From: an uncultured Gammaproteobacteria bacterium
GTDB lineage: Bacteria; Patescibacteriota; Microgenomatia; Levybacterales; GWA1-39-11
Length of the DNA: 64,000 bases
Reading direction: 5' to 3'
Assembly: GCA_964409875.1 (NCBI GenBank)
Contig: CAYPEN010000002.1
Location: 338,630-402,629, forward strand
Shown here: positions 37,843-47,942 of the stretch, piece by piece
How positions within the stretch are numbered: the first letter of the stretch is position 1
How the letters are laid out: each line of letters starts with the position of its first letter
Notes under the pieces: generated by a model
The model's input: the letters and a program-made list of their open reading frames with translations, nothing else
Told to the model about the DNA's origin: nothing
The model's database searches: none
Made by a program: the position numbers and the translations under genes

Positions 37843-39474
37843 TTAATAACGTCTGTTTCTTGCGGATTGGCTGCTTTCATACTTACTTTTCAGACGTGCC
37901 AAATTGTACCTGAGGGTTATATCATTCGGATATTTCTCAAGTGCTTTTTTGACGAACGCGATACCTTCCTTTTTGTCACCATATACTAAATACAAGGAGG
38001 ATAAATTGTCATAGGTTAACTGATAATCTCCTAGACTTAAGGATTTCTTGTATGCATCCATTGAGTCTTTAAAATTTCCCAAAAGAAAATTTGCTGCTCC
38101 TAAGCTGTTGTAGCCAACTACACCGGGATAAATTTTTATAGAATTTTGTGCATGAAGTTTTACGGCTCGATAATCTTTTTTTGTAAAATAATAGAATGAC
38201 AGTTCATCTTCAAGATTATATGCTTCTTTTGAAACCTTCAAATCATGAGTTGCGATAGTTAAATCATTTCTCCAATCAAAACTTCTAATAAAGGTCCGCA
38301 TTGATAGAAGAATGATGATTATCGCAATACCAAAAATGAGTTTTTTACTTTTCATGTTGATTTTGAAATATGTTATGACAATTCCCGCCATACCTAAGAG
38401 TCCAATTATTGGAAAGTAAAACCACCTTTCCGCAACGGTGCCATCTAGTGGCAATAGTTGTAGATGGAGTAAAATTCCAGTCAAAAACCATGTGAAGAAA
38501 AAAATATAAGTCTTAAAATAATTCTTTTTTTTCCGAAGAAGATGGAATGGATAAATTATTGTTAAGAGAAAAAGCGCATCAATTATTAGGGGGAGAATAA
38601 AGTTTCCAAAATTAACTCTTGCATGCACCCATAAGTGGGACATGGAAAGGTTAAAAGGAAAAAGGAATGTTTTGAGATAAAAATAGAGTACTGCCGGTAT
38701 ATTCAGTAAACGAACGAGGAGATCAGTTTTTTGTATGGGAGTTAAAACTATGGAATGAATAAAAGTGTTAGAGGCTTTTATTTTTAAAACAAAATAAATG
38801 AATGATAAAAAAGAAAAATTAACCAAAATATATTGGAACGGTCTCTTTTGTCTAAACAGAACAAGTACTAGGGATAGAAGAATGAAAAGAATACCTGTTT
38901 CTTTTGAAAGAGGTGAACAAAGCAAAAAAAGACCCCCAAAAAATAAGCTTTTTTTTGAGTTATATTTTTCAAGAATTATTATTCCCATCATTCCAAAAAA
39001 GAAAAAAAGAACATCTTGTGTTCCAGCAATATAAAATGCGGATTCGCTATTCATAGGGTGCACAAGAAAAATAAGTGAGAGGATAAATGCAATCTCTTTT
39101 TTAAAGAAACTTTTGAAGAAGATATAAACAAGAAGCGAGTTAATTATGTAGAGAGCGATTTGAAAAGCATGAAAGACAAAAGGCGCAGGGCCAAAAATGG
39201 TATTAAGTACTGCGTACATGGATGTAAAAATTGGTTTATATGAAGAGCCAAACAATGAAGATTTGTTATTTTTAAAGCTAATGCTTTCCGAAAAATATTT
39301 GGGAATATTCTCAATAGTTAGGATGTGTTCTTTGTCTACTATTTGAGGAAAATCATCCCCAATAAATCCATTGAAAAGCCCATTAAAAAAAACCGTAACA
39401 CCAACTACAAAAAATAGGAAAAAAACTTTTTTGTTGGTAATTGGAATTACAAGACTTTTAAATACTTTTTGCAT
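37843..39474 (-). CDS. TMTC-like GT-C membrane glycosyltransferase with TPR tail
   Basis: FIGDD, YKP, LIFLVHPMNSES, LSKETG, AERWFYFP, W.ND, C-terminal TPR-like helices. Confidence 0.75.
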   Translation of the reverse strand: MQKVFKSLVIPITNKKVFFLFFVVGVTVFFNGLFNGFIGDDFPQIVDKEHILTIENIPKYFSESISFKNNKSSLFGSSYKPIFTSMYAVLNTIFGPAPFVFHAFQIALYIINSLLVYIFFKSFFKKEIAFILSLIFLVHPMNSESAFYIAGTQDVLFFFFGMMGIIILEKYNSKKSLFFGGLFLLCSPLSKETGILFILLSLVLVLFRQKRPFQYILVNFSFLSFIYFVLKIKASNTFIHSIVLTPIQKTDLLVRLLNIPAVLYFYLKTFLFPFNLSMSHLWVHARVNFGNFILPLIIDALFLLTIIYPFHLLRKKKNYFKTYIFFFTWFLTGILLHLQLLPLDGTVAERWFYFPIIGLLGMAGIVITYFKINMKSKKLIFGIAIIIILLSMRTFIRSFDWRNDLTIATHDLKVSKEAYNLEDELSFYYFTKKDYRAVKLHAQNSIKIYPGVVGYNSLGAANFLLGNFKDSMDAYKKSLSLGDYQLTYDNLSSLYLVYGDKKEGIAFVKKALEKYPNDITLRYNLARLKSKYESSQSARNRRY

Positions 39475-39525
39475 ACAGAGTTATCGCTTATATGCATATT
39501 ATCACCAAGATCCTGGGGAAGGAAA

Positions 39526-40662
39526 TTACAATTGTCCCTTTTTGATTTCTTCTCTGAGGTTTTCAACATAGGCATTGAAAAAAAAGAGATTGTGCATGGT
39601 CATAAGCCTAAGACCAGTTATTTCTTTTGCGCGCAACAAATGGGCAATATAATTTCTTTTATAGTTTTGGCACGTTGAACATTTGCATTTTTCATCCAAT
39701 GGTTTTTTGTCGGTTAGAAATTGAGATTTACGAAGATCAAGTCTTCCTGTTGAGGTGAAAGCGATTCCGTGCCGTGCGTAGTGCGTTGGGACGATGCAGT
39801 CGAAAGTGTCAATTCCCGCTTTCATTATCTGAGGAATATCCTCCAAATGCCCGATTCCCAAAAGATGGATTGGTTTTTCTTGCGGCAAATATTGTAGGGT
39901 AAAGCCAAGCATTTCACTCATCGTCTTTTTTTCATCCCCGAATTCCCCACCAATCCCAAACCCGTCGACAGGAAGAGAGCCGATGAATTTTGCTGATTCG
40001 ACTCTCAACTCTTCAAATTTGCCGCCCTGTACAATGCCATAAAGTGCCTGGTCTGTTTTTTTACTATCAAGGCATATTTTTGCCCAGCGGTGGGTTTTTT
40101 CAAGTGAGCGTTTCGTATATTCATAGTCTGCAACTGGAGATGTGCACTCATCAAAGGCAAACATGATGTCGGCTCCGATTGCCTCCTGGATCTTGATTGA
40201 TTCTTTGGGACCGATAAAAAGGCGCCTTCCATCGACCGGGCTTCTGAAAAAGACTCCATCCTCCGTAATTTTTACGTTTTTGGGTTTTTTTCCTGCTTTT
40301 ATGGTAAGGTCCGATTTCTGCTTCAAGATTTTCCCCACTCCATGGTCGCGTCCAAATCCTAACGAGAAGACTTGGAAACCGCCGGAATCAGTCATAAGGG
40401 GCCTGTCCCAGTTCATAAATGTATGTATTCCGCCGGCTTTTTTGAGATACTCTTCACCCGGTTTTAGATGCAAGTGGAAGGTATTGGCTATCAAAATTTG
40501 AGTGCCGGAAAGTTTTACTTCATCAGAAGTGAGGGTTTTGACTACGGCTTGGGTTCCAACACCCACGAAAGACGGGGTTTCGACTTCTCCATGAGGAGTC
40601 TTAAGAATTCCAATTCTTGCGTTTGATTTCTTGCTTTTAAAAACGGTTTTGAATTCAATCAT
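39526..40662 (-). CDS. tgt: tRNA-guanine transglycosylase
   Basis: TPHGEVETP, NTFHL, TDSGGFQVFSL, FDEC, GIVQGG, CxCxxC...H zinc site. Confidence 0.95.
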   Translation of the reverse strand: MIEFKTVFKSKKSNARIGILKTPHGEVETPSFVGVGTQAVVKTLTSDEVKLSGTQILIANTFHLHLKPGEEYLKKAGGIHTFMNWDRPLMTDSGGFQVFSLGFGRDHGVGKILKQKSDLTIKAGKKPKNVKITEDGVFFRSPVDGRRLFIGPKESIKIQEAIGADIMFAFDECTSPVADYEYTKRSLEKTHRWAKICLDSKKTDQALYGIVQGGKFEELRVESAKFIGSLPVDGFGIGGEFGDEKKTMSEMLGFTLQYLPQEKPIHLLGIGHLEDIPQIMKAGIDTFDCIVPTHYARHGIAFTSTGRLDLRKSQFLTDKKPLDEKCKCSTCQNYKRNYIAHLLRAKEITGLRLMTMHNLFFFNAYVENLREEIKKGQL

Positions 40663-40698
40663 GAAGAGTATTATATCAATTTTGAGGCGGAATTGTTG

Positions 40699-41154
40699 CT
40701 AACGGAGTTTTTTTGCGATAAGACTCAAATCCCCATTTAAAATGATGGACTTAAGGCCATGCACTTCCTCTTTGATATTTAAATTTTCATCAATGGGATT
40801 AAGAATAAAGATGGGCTTTTTGTTGATAAAAGCCAGAGTCATCTCCATGAGCGCATTACCTCCTATATACCCTTGAAGGCCGTTCTTCTCATAATTTGTA
40901 ACAAGGATTGCGTCTGATTCAACGACTTTCTTGAAGTGGCCAAGCATCAGTTTTGTTTTTTTCGAATAATCGTGTGGATTTTTATACCACGTCTTGTAGT
41001 GGGACACATCAAAATCATTATTTTTTTTCATGATATTTGCGGTTTTTGGGATTTTGACGGCAAAGCCCATTTTTTTGAGCTCTATTTCGACTTCAAGAAC
41101 TTGCTTATAGTGAGTTGCCGATGAGCAGATAGTGATTATCTTTTTGCTGCTCAC
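40699..41154 (-). CDS. Nucleoside 2-deoxyribosyltransferase-like (Rossmannoid) protein
   Basis: ITICSS...SDAILV.N...YIG.NALME...A...KKPIF. Confidence 0.6.
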   Translation of the reverse strand: MSSKKIITICSSATHYKQVLEVEIELKKMGFAVKIPKTANIMKKNNDFDVSHYKTWYKNPHDYSKKTKLMLGHFKKVVESDAILVTNYEKNGLQGYIGGNALMEMTLAFINKKPIFILNPIDENLNIKEEVHGLKSIILNGDLSLIAKKLR

Positions 41155-41930
41155 TTTTTCTCAAAATAGAGGGTCACAGTTGAGGTGATGGTTTGTGTAC
41201 CGGGCTGCAGGTCGGGGACAGGAGCGTTAGTGCCACCGCCCATTCCCATAGCTTCTTTACTGTAGAGCATAGGAAGTGGGCCGGGGCTATTTGTGCTTTC
41301 TACAATATTTGTTACTTTTCCAAGCTTAATACCAAGTTGTGAGGCGAGCTTTTGGGCTTGCTCTTTGGCATTGTCAATTGCCTTTTGGCGGGCTTGCTCC
41401 TGGTATTTTTCCGGTTTGTCAACTGAATAGTTGGTGCCCATTACTTGGTTAGCACCAGCTTTTGTGCCCGCTTCAATTACTTGTGGAAGCTTTGAAGTGT
41501 CTTTTACTTTAATGGTAACTGTCGTGTTCCCGTTGTAGCCGGTGATAACTCCTGTTCCTCCTTTTGAATAATCATAATTCGGAACAATGGAATAATTTGA
41601 GGTTTTGATATCTCCTTTTTCAATTCCTAGTCCTCTGACATTTTCAACAATTGCATTGTTGACCGTATTAATTTTGCTCTGTGCCTCATCAATTGTTTTG
41701 GCATCGTTGATAACTATACCCAAGTCAACAGAAGCGGTGTCGGGTACGATATCGACCTTCCCAACTCCGACAACGGCAAGTTCACCCGAAGCCTGTCTTT
41801 GGGTAACTGCGAGCGGATAGGAAATATTGAAATAATTGACTGCCCATAGGAAGAGAAGGGTTATGACAAGAAGAATGATATAGGTGGGGAATATTCTATT
41901 TTCTTTCAGCTCCTTAATAATGCTGTTCAT
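41151..41930 (-). CDS. SIMPL/DUF541 family protein
   Basis: V.G.GKV..VPD.A, DIKTSNYSI.P.YDY, AIDNAKEQA..LA..LG.KLG. Confidence 0.88.
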   Translation of the reverse strand: MNSIIKELKENRIFPTYIILLVITLLFLWAVNYFNISYPLAVTQRQASGELAVVGVGKVDIVPDTASVDLGIVINDAKTIDEAQSKINTVNNAIVENVRGLGIEKGDIKTSNYSIVPNYDYSKGGTGVITGYNGNTTVTIKVKDTSKLPQVIEAGTKAGANQVMGTNYSVDKPEKYQEQARQKAIDNAKEQAQKLASQLGIKLGKVTNIVESTNSPGPLPMLYSKEAMGMGGGTNAPVPDLQPGTQTITSTVTLYFEKK

Positions 41931-42029
41931 GTAGTTAGTTTAAAATAACGGGTGATTTAAATCAAGATTAAATGCGCAAAAACAAATTCTTTCTCTCTAT
42001 CACAAAAACCGAAGCCTCCTAACAAAGCG

Positions 42030-42206
42030 TTTTTTTCTCTGATACTTTTGTGCCGTCAAAAGTATCCAAAAGCTCTCAACATGTCGCGTTCAGAGTATTC
42101 CAAACTCCGTTTCATTCACTGAAATTTTAACTCACTTCGTTCAAACACAAAATTTTCCTGGCGTTCATTTCACTTTGTTTTCCATACGCTTCGCGCGAAA
42201 ATGTCG
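42030..42206. repeat. Structured intergenic palindromic element (REP/MITE-like)
   Basis: Perfect 10-bp hairpin GATACTTTTG/CAAAAGTATC 42041-42066; nested stems around AACTCACTTCGTTCAAACA 42129-42147. Confidence 0.5.
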
Positions 42207-42220
42207 ATTCAATTGTTCCT

Positions 42221-43018
42221 TTATTTTATTGAAAAACTATAGTTTTTTTCTGTTATAAATCCTTCGGATGTTAACTCAGAAAGTGCTCTTATTAGAAATT
42301 CCCTATTCTCAAAATGTTCTTCAAGTGCCTTCCGGCTTAAGGGTTTTTCGATAAGAAGTTTGAGAATTTTACCGCGGACTTGCCGTACAGACCCTTCGAA
42401 TTTTGTTTGTATTTTATAATGCTTACTTTTCCTATTTGGGTTGGTGACGGTTTTTCCTAAATACGCGCCGTAATCCATGAGAGCATAATAGAATTGCCTG
42501 GGATTTTTCATATCAAGAGAAGCCGCAATCAATGGGTACAATTCTTTATCAGTCACGTTTTCTTTTTCACGGAAGAATTCATGAATAAATACACGGCGGA
42601 TATTTGTTTCGATAAATACCGCAGGCTTATTGAAGGCAAAAGCTATTACCGCACCGGCCGTATTTGGGCCAATTCCCGGCAGCGTCATGAGCTCTTCTTT
42701 GAGGCTAGGGAGGTTACCTTTATACTTTTCACAAACGGTTTCGGCTGTCCTTTTAAGATACAATGCGCGTCTGTTGTATCCCAATCCTTGCCACACGGTA
42801 AGCACGTTGCTTTGGGGAGCTTTTGTTAAATGTGAAAAGGACGGAAATGCTTTCAAAAAGGCTACATATTTGTCTACTACCCGCCCTGTTTGGGTTTGTT
42901 GTAGCATGATTTCTGAGACGAGAATTTCATAAGGGTCGAGTGTTTCCCGCCAGGGAAAACTCCGTTTGTTTTTGCTATAAAATCTCCGGATTTTTTCTTT
43001 GAAAGAAGTTATCTTCAC
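42221..43018 (-). CDS. mutY: A/G-specific adenine glycosylase MutY (short, no 4Fe-4S motif)
   Basis: FPWRET.DPY.ILVSEIMLQQTQ, WQGLGYNRRA, LPGIGPNTA (HhH); GTG start 43018. Confidence 0.85.
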   Translation of the reverse strand: MKITSFKEKIRRFYSKNKRSFPWRETLDPYEILVSEIMLQQTQTGRVVDKYVAFLKAFPSFSHLTKAPQSNVLTVWQGLGYNRRALYLKRTAETVCEKYKGNLPSLKEELMTLPGIGPNTAGAVIAFAFNKPAVFIETNIRRVFIHEFFREKENVTDKELYPLIAASLDMKNPRQFYYALMDYGAYLGKTVTNPNRKSKHYKIQTKFEGSVRQVRGKILKLLIEKPLSRKALEEHFENREFLIRALSELTSEGFITEKNYSFSIK

Positions 43019-43037
43019 AGAAGGTATTGTACCCCAG

Positions 43038-46000
43038 TTACGAATGCTTGTAGTAGCGTGAGTACACCATATAGTAGACGACGGGAATGAAAAACAGCAT
43101 GATAATGCCTGAAAAAGAAAGTCCGGCAATAATAGCGCCACCAAGTCCACGCCACAATGGGTTTGAAAGAGATATCGGAACAAGTCCGACAATAGTCGTA
43201 AAAGAGCCTATAAATACGGGTTCCAGCCTGCTTGCCGCTCCGTCTGCAATTGCTTCTTTGAAGGGCATACCAAAAGCTAAATTTCGGTTGAATTTATCAA
43301 CCAAAAACATAGCGTGTGTTACAACAATTCCAAATAGGGAAAGGACTCCAATAAGTGCCGGAAAAGAAAGAGGAGTTCCGGTGAGGGCAAATACCACAAA
43401 TACGCCGGATACGGCAACAGGAATGACAAGCATAACGATGAGTGCTTTCCTGTAGCTTCTGAATTGCACGACCATGGTTGCTAAAATAAGGATTCCTGCA
43501 AGTATCATAGCTTGTAGAATTGAGGCAACGGACTTTTGATTTTCTTCATTTGCCCCTCCTGTTTTGTACGAATATCCATCGGGAAGATTGAGGTTTTTTA
43601 CATACTCCAGGAGTTTCTGATTGGCTCCGCTTACTGAATATCCTGCAGTTACCCCTGCGCTCACTGAAATGGTTCTTTTTGTGTCAAAATGAGTGATGCT
43701 GGTCGGGTTGCTTTCAAGCTTTAAAGTCCCTACTGAAAGAAGAGGAATGTAGTCCCCATTTTGATTTGGAACTGCAAGACGGCCCAAGTCTTCAGGGCTT
43801 TGCGTTGATGTATCCATCCTGAATACTATGTCCCTGGCTTCTTTCTGTCCAAATTTAACACTTTTGAATGTAAAACCGTTCGTAAATGTTCTCATCCACA
43901 ACCCTAATGACTCTTGAGAAAGGCCGGCATCTGTTAACTTTGCAAAATCTGGCACAAAAGTTAGCTTTGCTGTCCCCGGGTTGACGGATTTGGTGGCATT
44001 GATGATGCCCGGTTGCTTCGAAAGAAAAGCAATAATTTTATCTGCGTATGCATCAAGTTGAGTCAAATCATCACCCAGAAGTTGTACCTGGACATCGGCT
44101 CCTGCGGGTGGACCGCCAGATTGCTCTATGACTGTTATCTTGCCGTCAAAATTAAGAGTTTGGATGTCACGCCTTAGCTTTTCTGCGATGTGAATTGAGT
44201 CAATTCTCCTTTTGTGTTTTTCCGGAAGAGCCAATGTAAAGAGTGTGATATTGGAACCCGATTTGAAGTCACTATTGCCTTGGTTGATTCCCCGTCCTAC
44301 TTCCGACGTAACATATTCAATGCCTTTTGTTTTCCGGAGAAATTCTTGCAGTTTCAATGAGTCTCTGGTCGTTGTTTGGGTATTGGTTCCGCTCGGAAGT
44401 TCAAGATTTACATACAGCTGGTCGCCTTCGCTTTTAGGGAAGAATTCGTTAGTGACAAAACCAAGAGGTACGAGAAGATAGGAAAATAGAGCAAATAAAA
44501 CTACACCCAAAATGACCTTTCTACGTGCCCCTTTTGAGGAGAGAACACGTAAAATGATGTGCTTGTAATATGCTGCAAAATGCTCAATATCGATAATGCG
44601 TTCATTGAAGCGCAAGACGAATTTTTTTCCATGAAAAACCATATCTTTTTTGAAGTATCGGTTAAGATGGCGTATAAAAATCCTACGCTGTCTTAGGAAA
44701 ATAAAACCTAAAAGGAAGAAAAGAAGGATGATAAAAAGAGAGAATGGATTGCCTTTGAGCAGTACAAAAAGGAGCGCGGCAATAAGTATGATGCCGATAG
44801 TTTTTAGCAGAATTACTACTCTTTTTGGGAGGTTAAGTTTTAATATCACAATCATAAGAGGAATTGTGATAAGAACGGCAATTGCGGTAGATGAATAAAG
44901 GGTAGTTGCCACAACAATAGGGATTGTTTTAATAAATTCGCCGATGATGCCGGTTGCAATAAGAAGCGGCAAGAATGCCCACGCAGTTGTGATAGTAGTG
45001 CTCCAAATCGGCACAATTAAGTCACGCCACACCAAAAGACCGGTCTGTTCAGGCGTGAATTTGCGGGTTCTATAATACGAGGTCATGCCCGTCACGACCA
45101 CTATCGTGTCATCCACAAGAAGCCCCAGGGCTAAAAGAAGCGAGAAAAGAGTCAAGAAGTTGAGGGAAAGTCCGATGATGTTGATGACGGTGAAAGTCAC
45201 TAAGAATGTCAAAGGAATCGTAAGAACTGCAATAAGAGCTTGCCTTATTCCCAAAAAGACGAGGAAGGTAATAAAAACGAGGATGAGTGTGTCGCGGAAG
45301 CTATCGGTGAGGTTTCCGAATTCTTCATCGATAAGCTTTGACGTATCTGTAATGGTAAGAACTTCAAGGGTGTCTTTGTATGGATGTAATGTTTCATCCG
45401 TAATTTCCCTCATCCTTTTGACCGCATTATCAATTGTGGCCGAACTGTTTTTGTATACATAGAACGTCGCCACCATTGAGGGTTTGGATTTGTTATTTGC
45501 TATAAAGGATTTTTGTAAATCAGGCTTTGAGCGTTCGGAAATTGTGGCAACATCCGAAAGTTTGATTTGGGAATTTTGAATGGTAAGAACAGTGTTTCTT
45601 AATTCGCCAACCGATGAAATAGCTGGATTGATGCCAAGCGGATACGAAAGCTCTTTTGTGCTGATGTTGCCCGCAGGATAGGACGAGAGAAGACCTGTGA
45701 CTTTTTGAGAAAGTGTAATAGGGTTCAATTTATAATTGACCGCTTTTTCAGGGTCAACAAGTATTTGGATTTCTTGTTGTTCAAGCCCTGAGATAGTAAC
45801 TCTATCAACAATACTATCGTCCTCAAGTTTTTCTTTTAGGGTGTTTGAAAACCGTAAAAGAGAAGCGGGGTCATTTCCTTTGACCGAAAAAATCCAAACA
45901 GGTTGGTCTTCAAAATCAAAGCGTTTTACTACCGGCGTCTTTGCATCTTCGGGTAAAGTATTTACCGAATCGACAGCAGATTTCATATCCGCCTCAGCTT

Positions 46001-46361
46001 TCTCGGGAGAAGTGGTGGAGCTGAACTGGGCAATAACTGTTGACACCGACTCATTCGAAACAGAATTGAGTTCTGTCAGTCCCTTTACACCTTTGACTGC
46101 GTCTTCAACAGGATTTGTTACCAAATCCTCAACGTCTTTAGGATTTGCTCCGGGAAGGACTGTTGAAACAGAGACAATCGGTAGTTTTACTTCCGGATTG
46201 AGTCTTCTTGGAAGCGCGATAAAGCTTGTGACTCCCGCAACAACGATGATAATAACGAGCAATACGACAATTCGTATGTTAGTTAGAAATTTTGCCTTAA
46301 ATGTTCCCAGCAATTTTGGGTCAAATTTCAGACGGGCCAGATATGAACCTTCTTTTTCCAT
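43038..46361 (-). CDS. RND-family efflux permease (AcrB/SwrC-like)
   Basis: PGANPKDVEDLVT.PVE, GLLVDDTIVV, SRLEPV, PLW..LG..II.GL. Confidence 0.93.
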   Translation of the reverse strand: MEKEGSYLARLKFDPKLLGTFKAKFLTNIRIVVLLVIIIVVAGVTSFIALPRRLNPEVKLPIVSVSTVLPGANPKDVEDLVTNPVEDAVKGVKGLTELNSVSNESVSTVIAQFSSTTSPEKAEADMKSAVDSVNTLPEDAKTPVVKRFDFEDQPVWIFSVKGNDPASLLRFSNTLKEKLEDDSIVDRVTISGLEQQEIQILVDPEKAVNYKLNPITLSQKVTGLLSSYPAGNISTKELSYPLGINPAISSVGELRNTVLTIQNSQIKLSDVATISERSKPDLQKSFIANNKSKPSMVATFYVYKNSSATIDNAVKRMREITDETLHPYKDTLEVLTITDTSKLIDEEFGNLTDSFRDTLILVFITFLVFLGIRQALIAVLTIPLTFLVTFTVINIIGLSLNFLTLFSLLLALGLLVDDTIVVVTGMTSYYRTRKFTPEQTGLLVWRDLIVPIWSTTITTAWAFLPLLIATGIIGEFIKTIPIVVATTLYSSTAIAVLITIPLMIVILKLNLPKRVVILLKTIGIILIAALLFVLLKGNPFSLFIILLFFLLGFIFLRQRRIFIRHLNRYFKKDMVFHGKKFVLRFNERIIDIEHFAAYYKHIILRVLSSKGARRKVILGVVLFALFSYLLVPLGFVTNEFFPKSEGDQLYVNLELPSGTNTQTTTRDSLKLQEFLRKTKGIEYVTSEVGRGINQGNSDFKSGSNITLFTLALPEKHKRRIDSIHIAEKLRRDIQTLNFDGKITVIEQSGGPPAGADVQVQLLGDDLTQLDAYADKIIAFLSKQPGIINATKSVNPGTAKLTFVPDFAKLTDAGLSQESLGLWMRTFTNGFTFKSVKFGQKEARDIVFRMDTSTQSPEDLGRLAVPNQNGDYIPLLSVGTLKLESNPTSITHFDTKRTISVSAGVTAGYSVSGANQKLLEYVKNLNLPDGYSYKTGGANEENQKSVASILQAMILAGILILATMVVQFRSYRKALIVMLVIPVAVSGVFVVFALTGTPLSFPALIGVLSLFGIVVTHAMFLVDKFNRNLAFGMPFKEAIADGAASRLEPVFIGSFTTIVGLVPISLSNPLWRGLGGAIIAGLSFSGIIMLFFIPVVYYMVYSRYYKHS

Positions 46362-46379
46362 GTGTTTTTTTGTGGGAAG

Positions 46380-47873
46380 TTACTCGATGCTTTGCACTTT
46401 GTCTCCTTCGATGACAGTCCTTGAAACAATAATTCTGTCTCCTCTCTGAAGTCCACTGGTCACTTCAGCATATTGACCAAGAATATCCCCAAGAAGTATT
46501 TTTTTGGATACTGCTTTGCCATCCTTTATAACGAAAATATATGCTCCGGTAGTCCCCTGATAAATAGCATCGAGTGGAACAAAAGGGACTGCAGAGGATG
46601 TGGATGCAAAACCGACCGGGAGTTCAACCGTTACAAATTCTTTATTTGAAAGTTGATTTTGGAATTCTCCTCCAAGCTCGAAAATGACCGCATAGAGCGC
46701 TCCGTCGGTTGCCTCTGTTGAGATGTAGGAAGGAGCAGCCTGAATACTTTTTCCATCAATTGTAAGTGTAGCGGTGTCAACAAGGGATAATTTTTGTGCG
46801 ACTTCCCGTGTCACCTTGGCGACTATTTTAAGAGTTTGTTCACCGTGAACAAGAGCAATGGGCGTGCCCGGAGTGACCGAATCGCCTATATTTACATAAA
46901 TCCTCTCGACAACTCCTGCAAAAGGAGCGGCAGGGAACATAGTCGCTTCCTGAATTTGTGCTAAGCGTAACTGCATTGAGCTTACTTCAAGCGAAAGCGT
47001 CAATGCTTTTTCCTGGATATCAAGTTGTTTTTTTGCAATTTCACGTCCTAAATCTGAGAGTTGAGCAGGGGGATTATCTGACGATGCTTGATATTCTGAT
47101 GAGCGGAGTGACGTCTGGAGTTGGTTTACGGCCGATTTGTATTGCGAGAGTATCTGCTTGGTTTGCAGAATTTGAGCGTCATTAGCGCCATTTTGGTTGG
47201 TCGTGGTCAATGTATCAAGGTTGCTCTGAAGACTTGAAACGATTTCCTGATTTAAGTTAAGAAGGGATTTTGTATCATCTATTGATTTTGAGGTGATGTC
47301 TCTCAATTGGTCGGCATTGGCATCTGTTTTGTCAGCCAAATCTCTTTGTTTTGCAATTAAATCTTTCTGTGCATCATAATTGTCTTTGGTATTTTGATAC
47401 GTTGCAGCTGCTATTTGGCGCTGAACGCTTGCTGCATTCCCTCCCTGATAATTGGTTGAAAGAGAAGCAATTGTTGTTCCTTTTCCTACCTCTTGTCCTT
47501 CGGTTACGTTGATTGTTGAAATAATGCCTGGAGTCTGGGCTACAATTTTTACGATGCCGCTCTTCTCAACTTGGGCTTGCACTTTAATCGTCGGTGCCAT
47601 ACCTATCGAGTAAGTAGCAACGTCTTTAGTTATTACTTTGGGTTTTTCCTGAGGTTTTGGTTTTCTTATAATGCTTCCCACCAGAATGAGCACAAAAATA
47701 ATGCCCAATACTGCAAAAAAAGCTGTCATTGGTTTTTTATCCACAAAAAATAACCCACGCCGTATGGGACTTTTAATTTTTCCTTTTAGGGATGTAAAAT
47801 GACCAAACTTAAAAAAACGGAAGACCGGGGCAGATCTTTTTGAGTTTGGCAACCTTTTTCTTCTTGTTGCCAT
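46380..47873 (-). CDS. RND membrane-fusion (periplasmic adaptor-like) protein
   Basis: TM, lipoyl-like halves (V.EGQEV.KG; APFAGVV), long coiled coil, GLQRGDRIIV. Confidence 0.88.
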   Translation of the reverse strand: MATRRKRLPNSKRSAPVFRFFKFGHFTSLKGKIKSPIRRGLFFVDKKPMTAFFAVLGIIFVLILVGSIIRKPKPQEKPKVITKDVATYSIGMAPTIKVQAQVEKSGIVKIVAQTPGIISTINVTEGQEVGKGTTIASLSTNYQGGNAASVQRQIAAATYQNTKDNYDAQKDLIAKQRDLADKTDANADQLRDITSKSIDDTKSLLNLNQEIVSSLQSNLDTLTTTNQNGANDAQILQTKQILSQYKSAVNQLQTSLRSSEYQASSDNPPAQLSDLGREIAKKQLDIQEKALTLSLEVSSMQLRLAQIQEATMFPAAPFAGVVERIYVNIGDSVTPGTPIALVHGEQTLKIVAKVTREVAQKLSLVDTATLTIDGKSIQAAPSYISTEATDGALYAVIFELGGEFQNQLSNKEFVTVELPVGFASTSSAVPFVPLDAIYQGTTGAYIFVIKDGKAVSKKILLGDILGQYAEVTSGLQRGDRIIVSRTVIEGDKVQSIE

Positions 47874-47942
47874 GGAGCTACGGATTGTACCATTTTTGAG
47901 CTCCAATAGCAACAAATGCTATCCGTTAACAGGAAAGATGTA

